Origin: Pseudomonadota bacterium
GTDB taxonomy: Bacteria > Pseudomonadota > Gammaproteobacteria > Burkholderiales > Gallionellaceae
NCBI GenBank assembly: GCA_021821945.1
Contig: JAJZTF010000003.1
Span: 67,615 to 131,614 of the forward strand
Reading direction: 5' to 3'
Length of the DNA stretch: 64,000 nucleotides
A model generated the notes under the pieces. The model saw nothing but the letters and a program-made list of their open reading frames with translations. It did no database searches and was not told the DNA's origin. The translations under genes were made by a program, and so were the position numbers. Of this stretch, positions 62,653 to 64,000 are shown piece by piece. Within the stretch, counting starts at the first letter, position 1, and every line of letters starts with the position of its first letter.

Positions 62653-64000
<1,348 letters not shown>

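Overview
This looks like a chromosomal segment of about 58-60% GC from a Gram-negative, probably betaproteobacterial genome. That placement is inferred from synteny such as glyQ-glyS-gmhB-plsC and argC-bactofilin-erpA, and it was not verified. I found no rRNA, CRISPR array, IS element or prophage. Main blocks, left to right: (1) 1-13.4 kb holds an exopolysaccharide / PEP-CTERM locus. It contains a BY-kinase, a chain-length determinant and an export protein, divergent from an operon of priming sugar transferase, prsK, prsR, GNAT, DegT, GNAT and acyl-CoA ligase. A PEP-CTERM cargo gene follows, and there are candidate sigma-54 promoters. No exosortase lies in the window. (2) 13.6-17.2 kb is housekeeping: rplM-rpsI, argC, a bactofilin pair and erpA. 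(3) 17.2-19.6 kb is a low-GC islet with yefM-yoeB, hsp20, tRNA-Gly(CCC), a lipoprotein and a Phd/VapC pair. (4) 19.6-25 kb holds murJ, a formyltransferase, a TPR-sulfotransferase and a convergent ATP-grasp gene. (5) 25-50 kb holds cysB, two GGDEF-EAL sensors (one with a CxxCH haem-c motif), aroC, a GT39 glycosyltransferase, rpmE, glyQS, a TRAP transporter and a rubrerythrin / Fe-S / DUF3501 operon. (6) 50.6-62.4 kb is the most unusual feature: a 12-gene, almost fully translationally coupled MSHA-like type IV filament operon. Its gene order is non-canonical, its ATPase carries an MshEN-type c-di-GMP motif, a REC-HTH regulator sits inside the operon, and two minor-pilin-like proteins share a YLPCPD module. 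All functional calls rest on motif and family recognition by eye. No database search was run.
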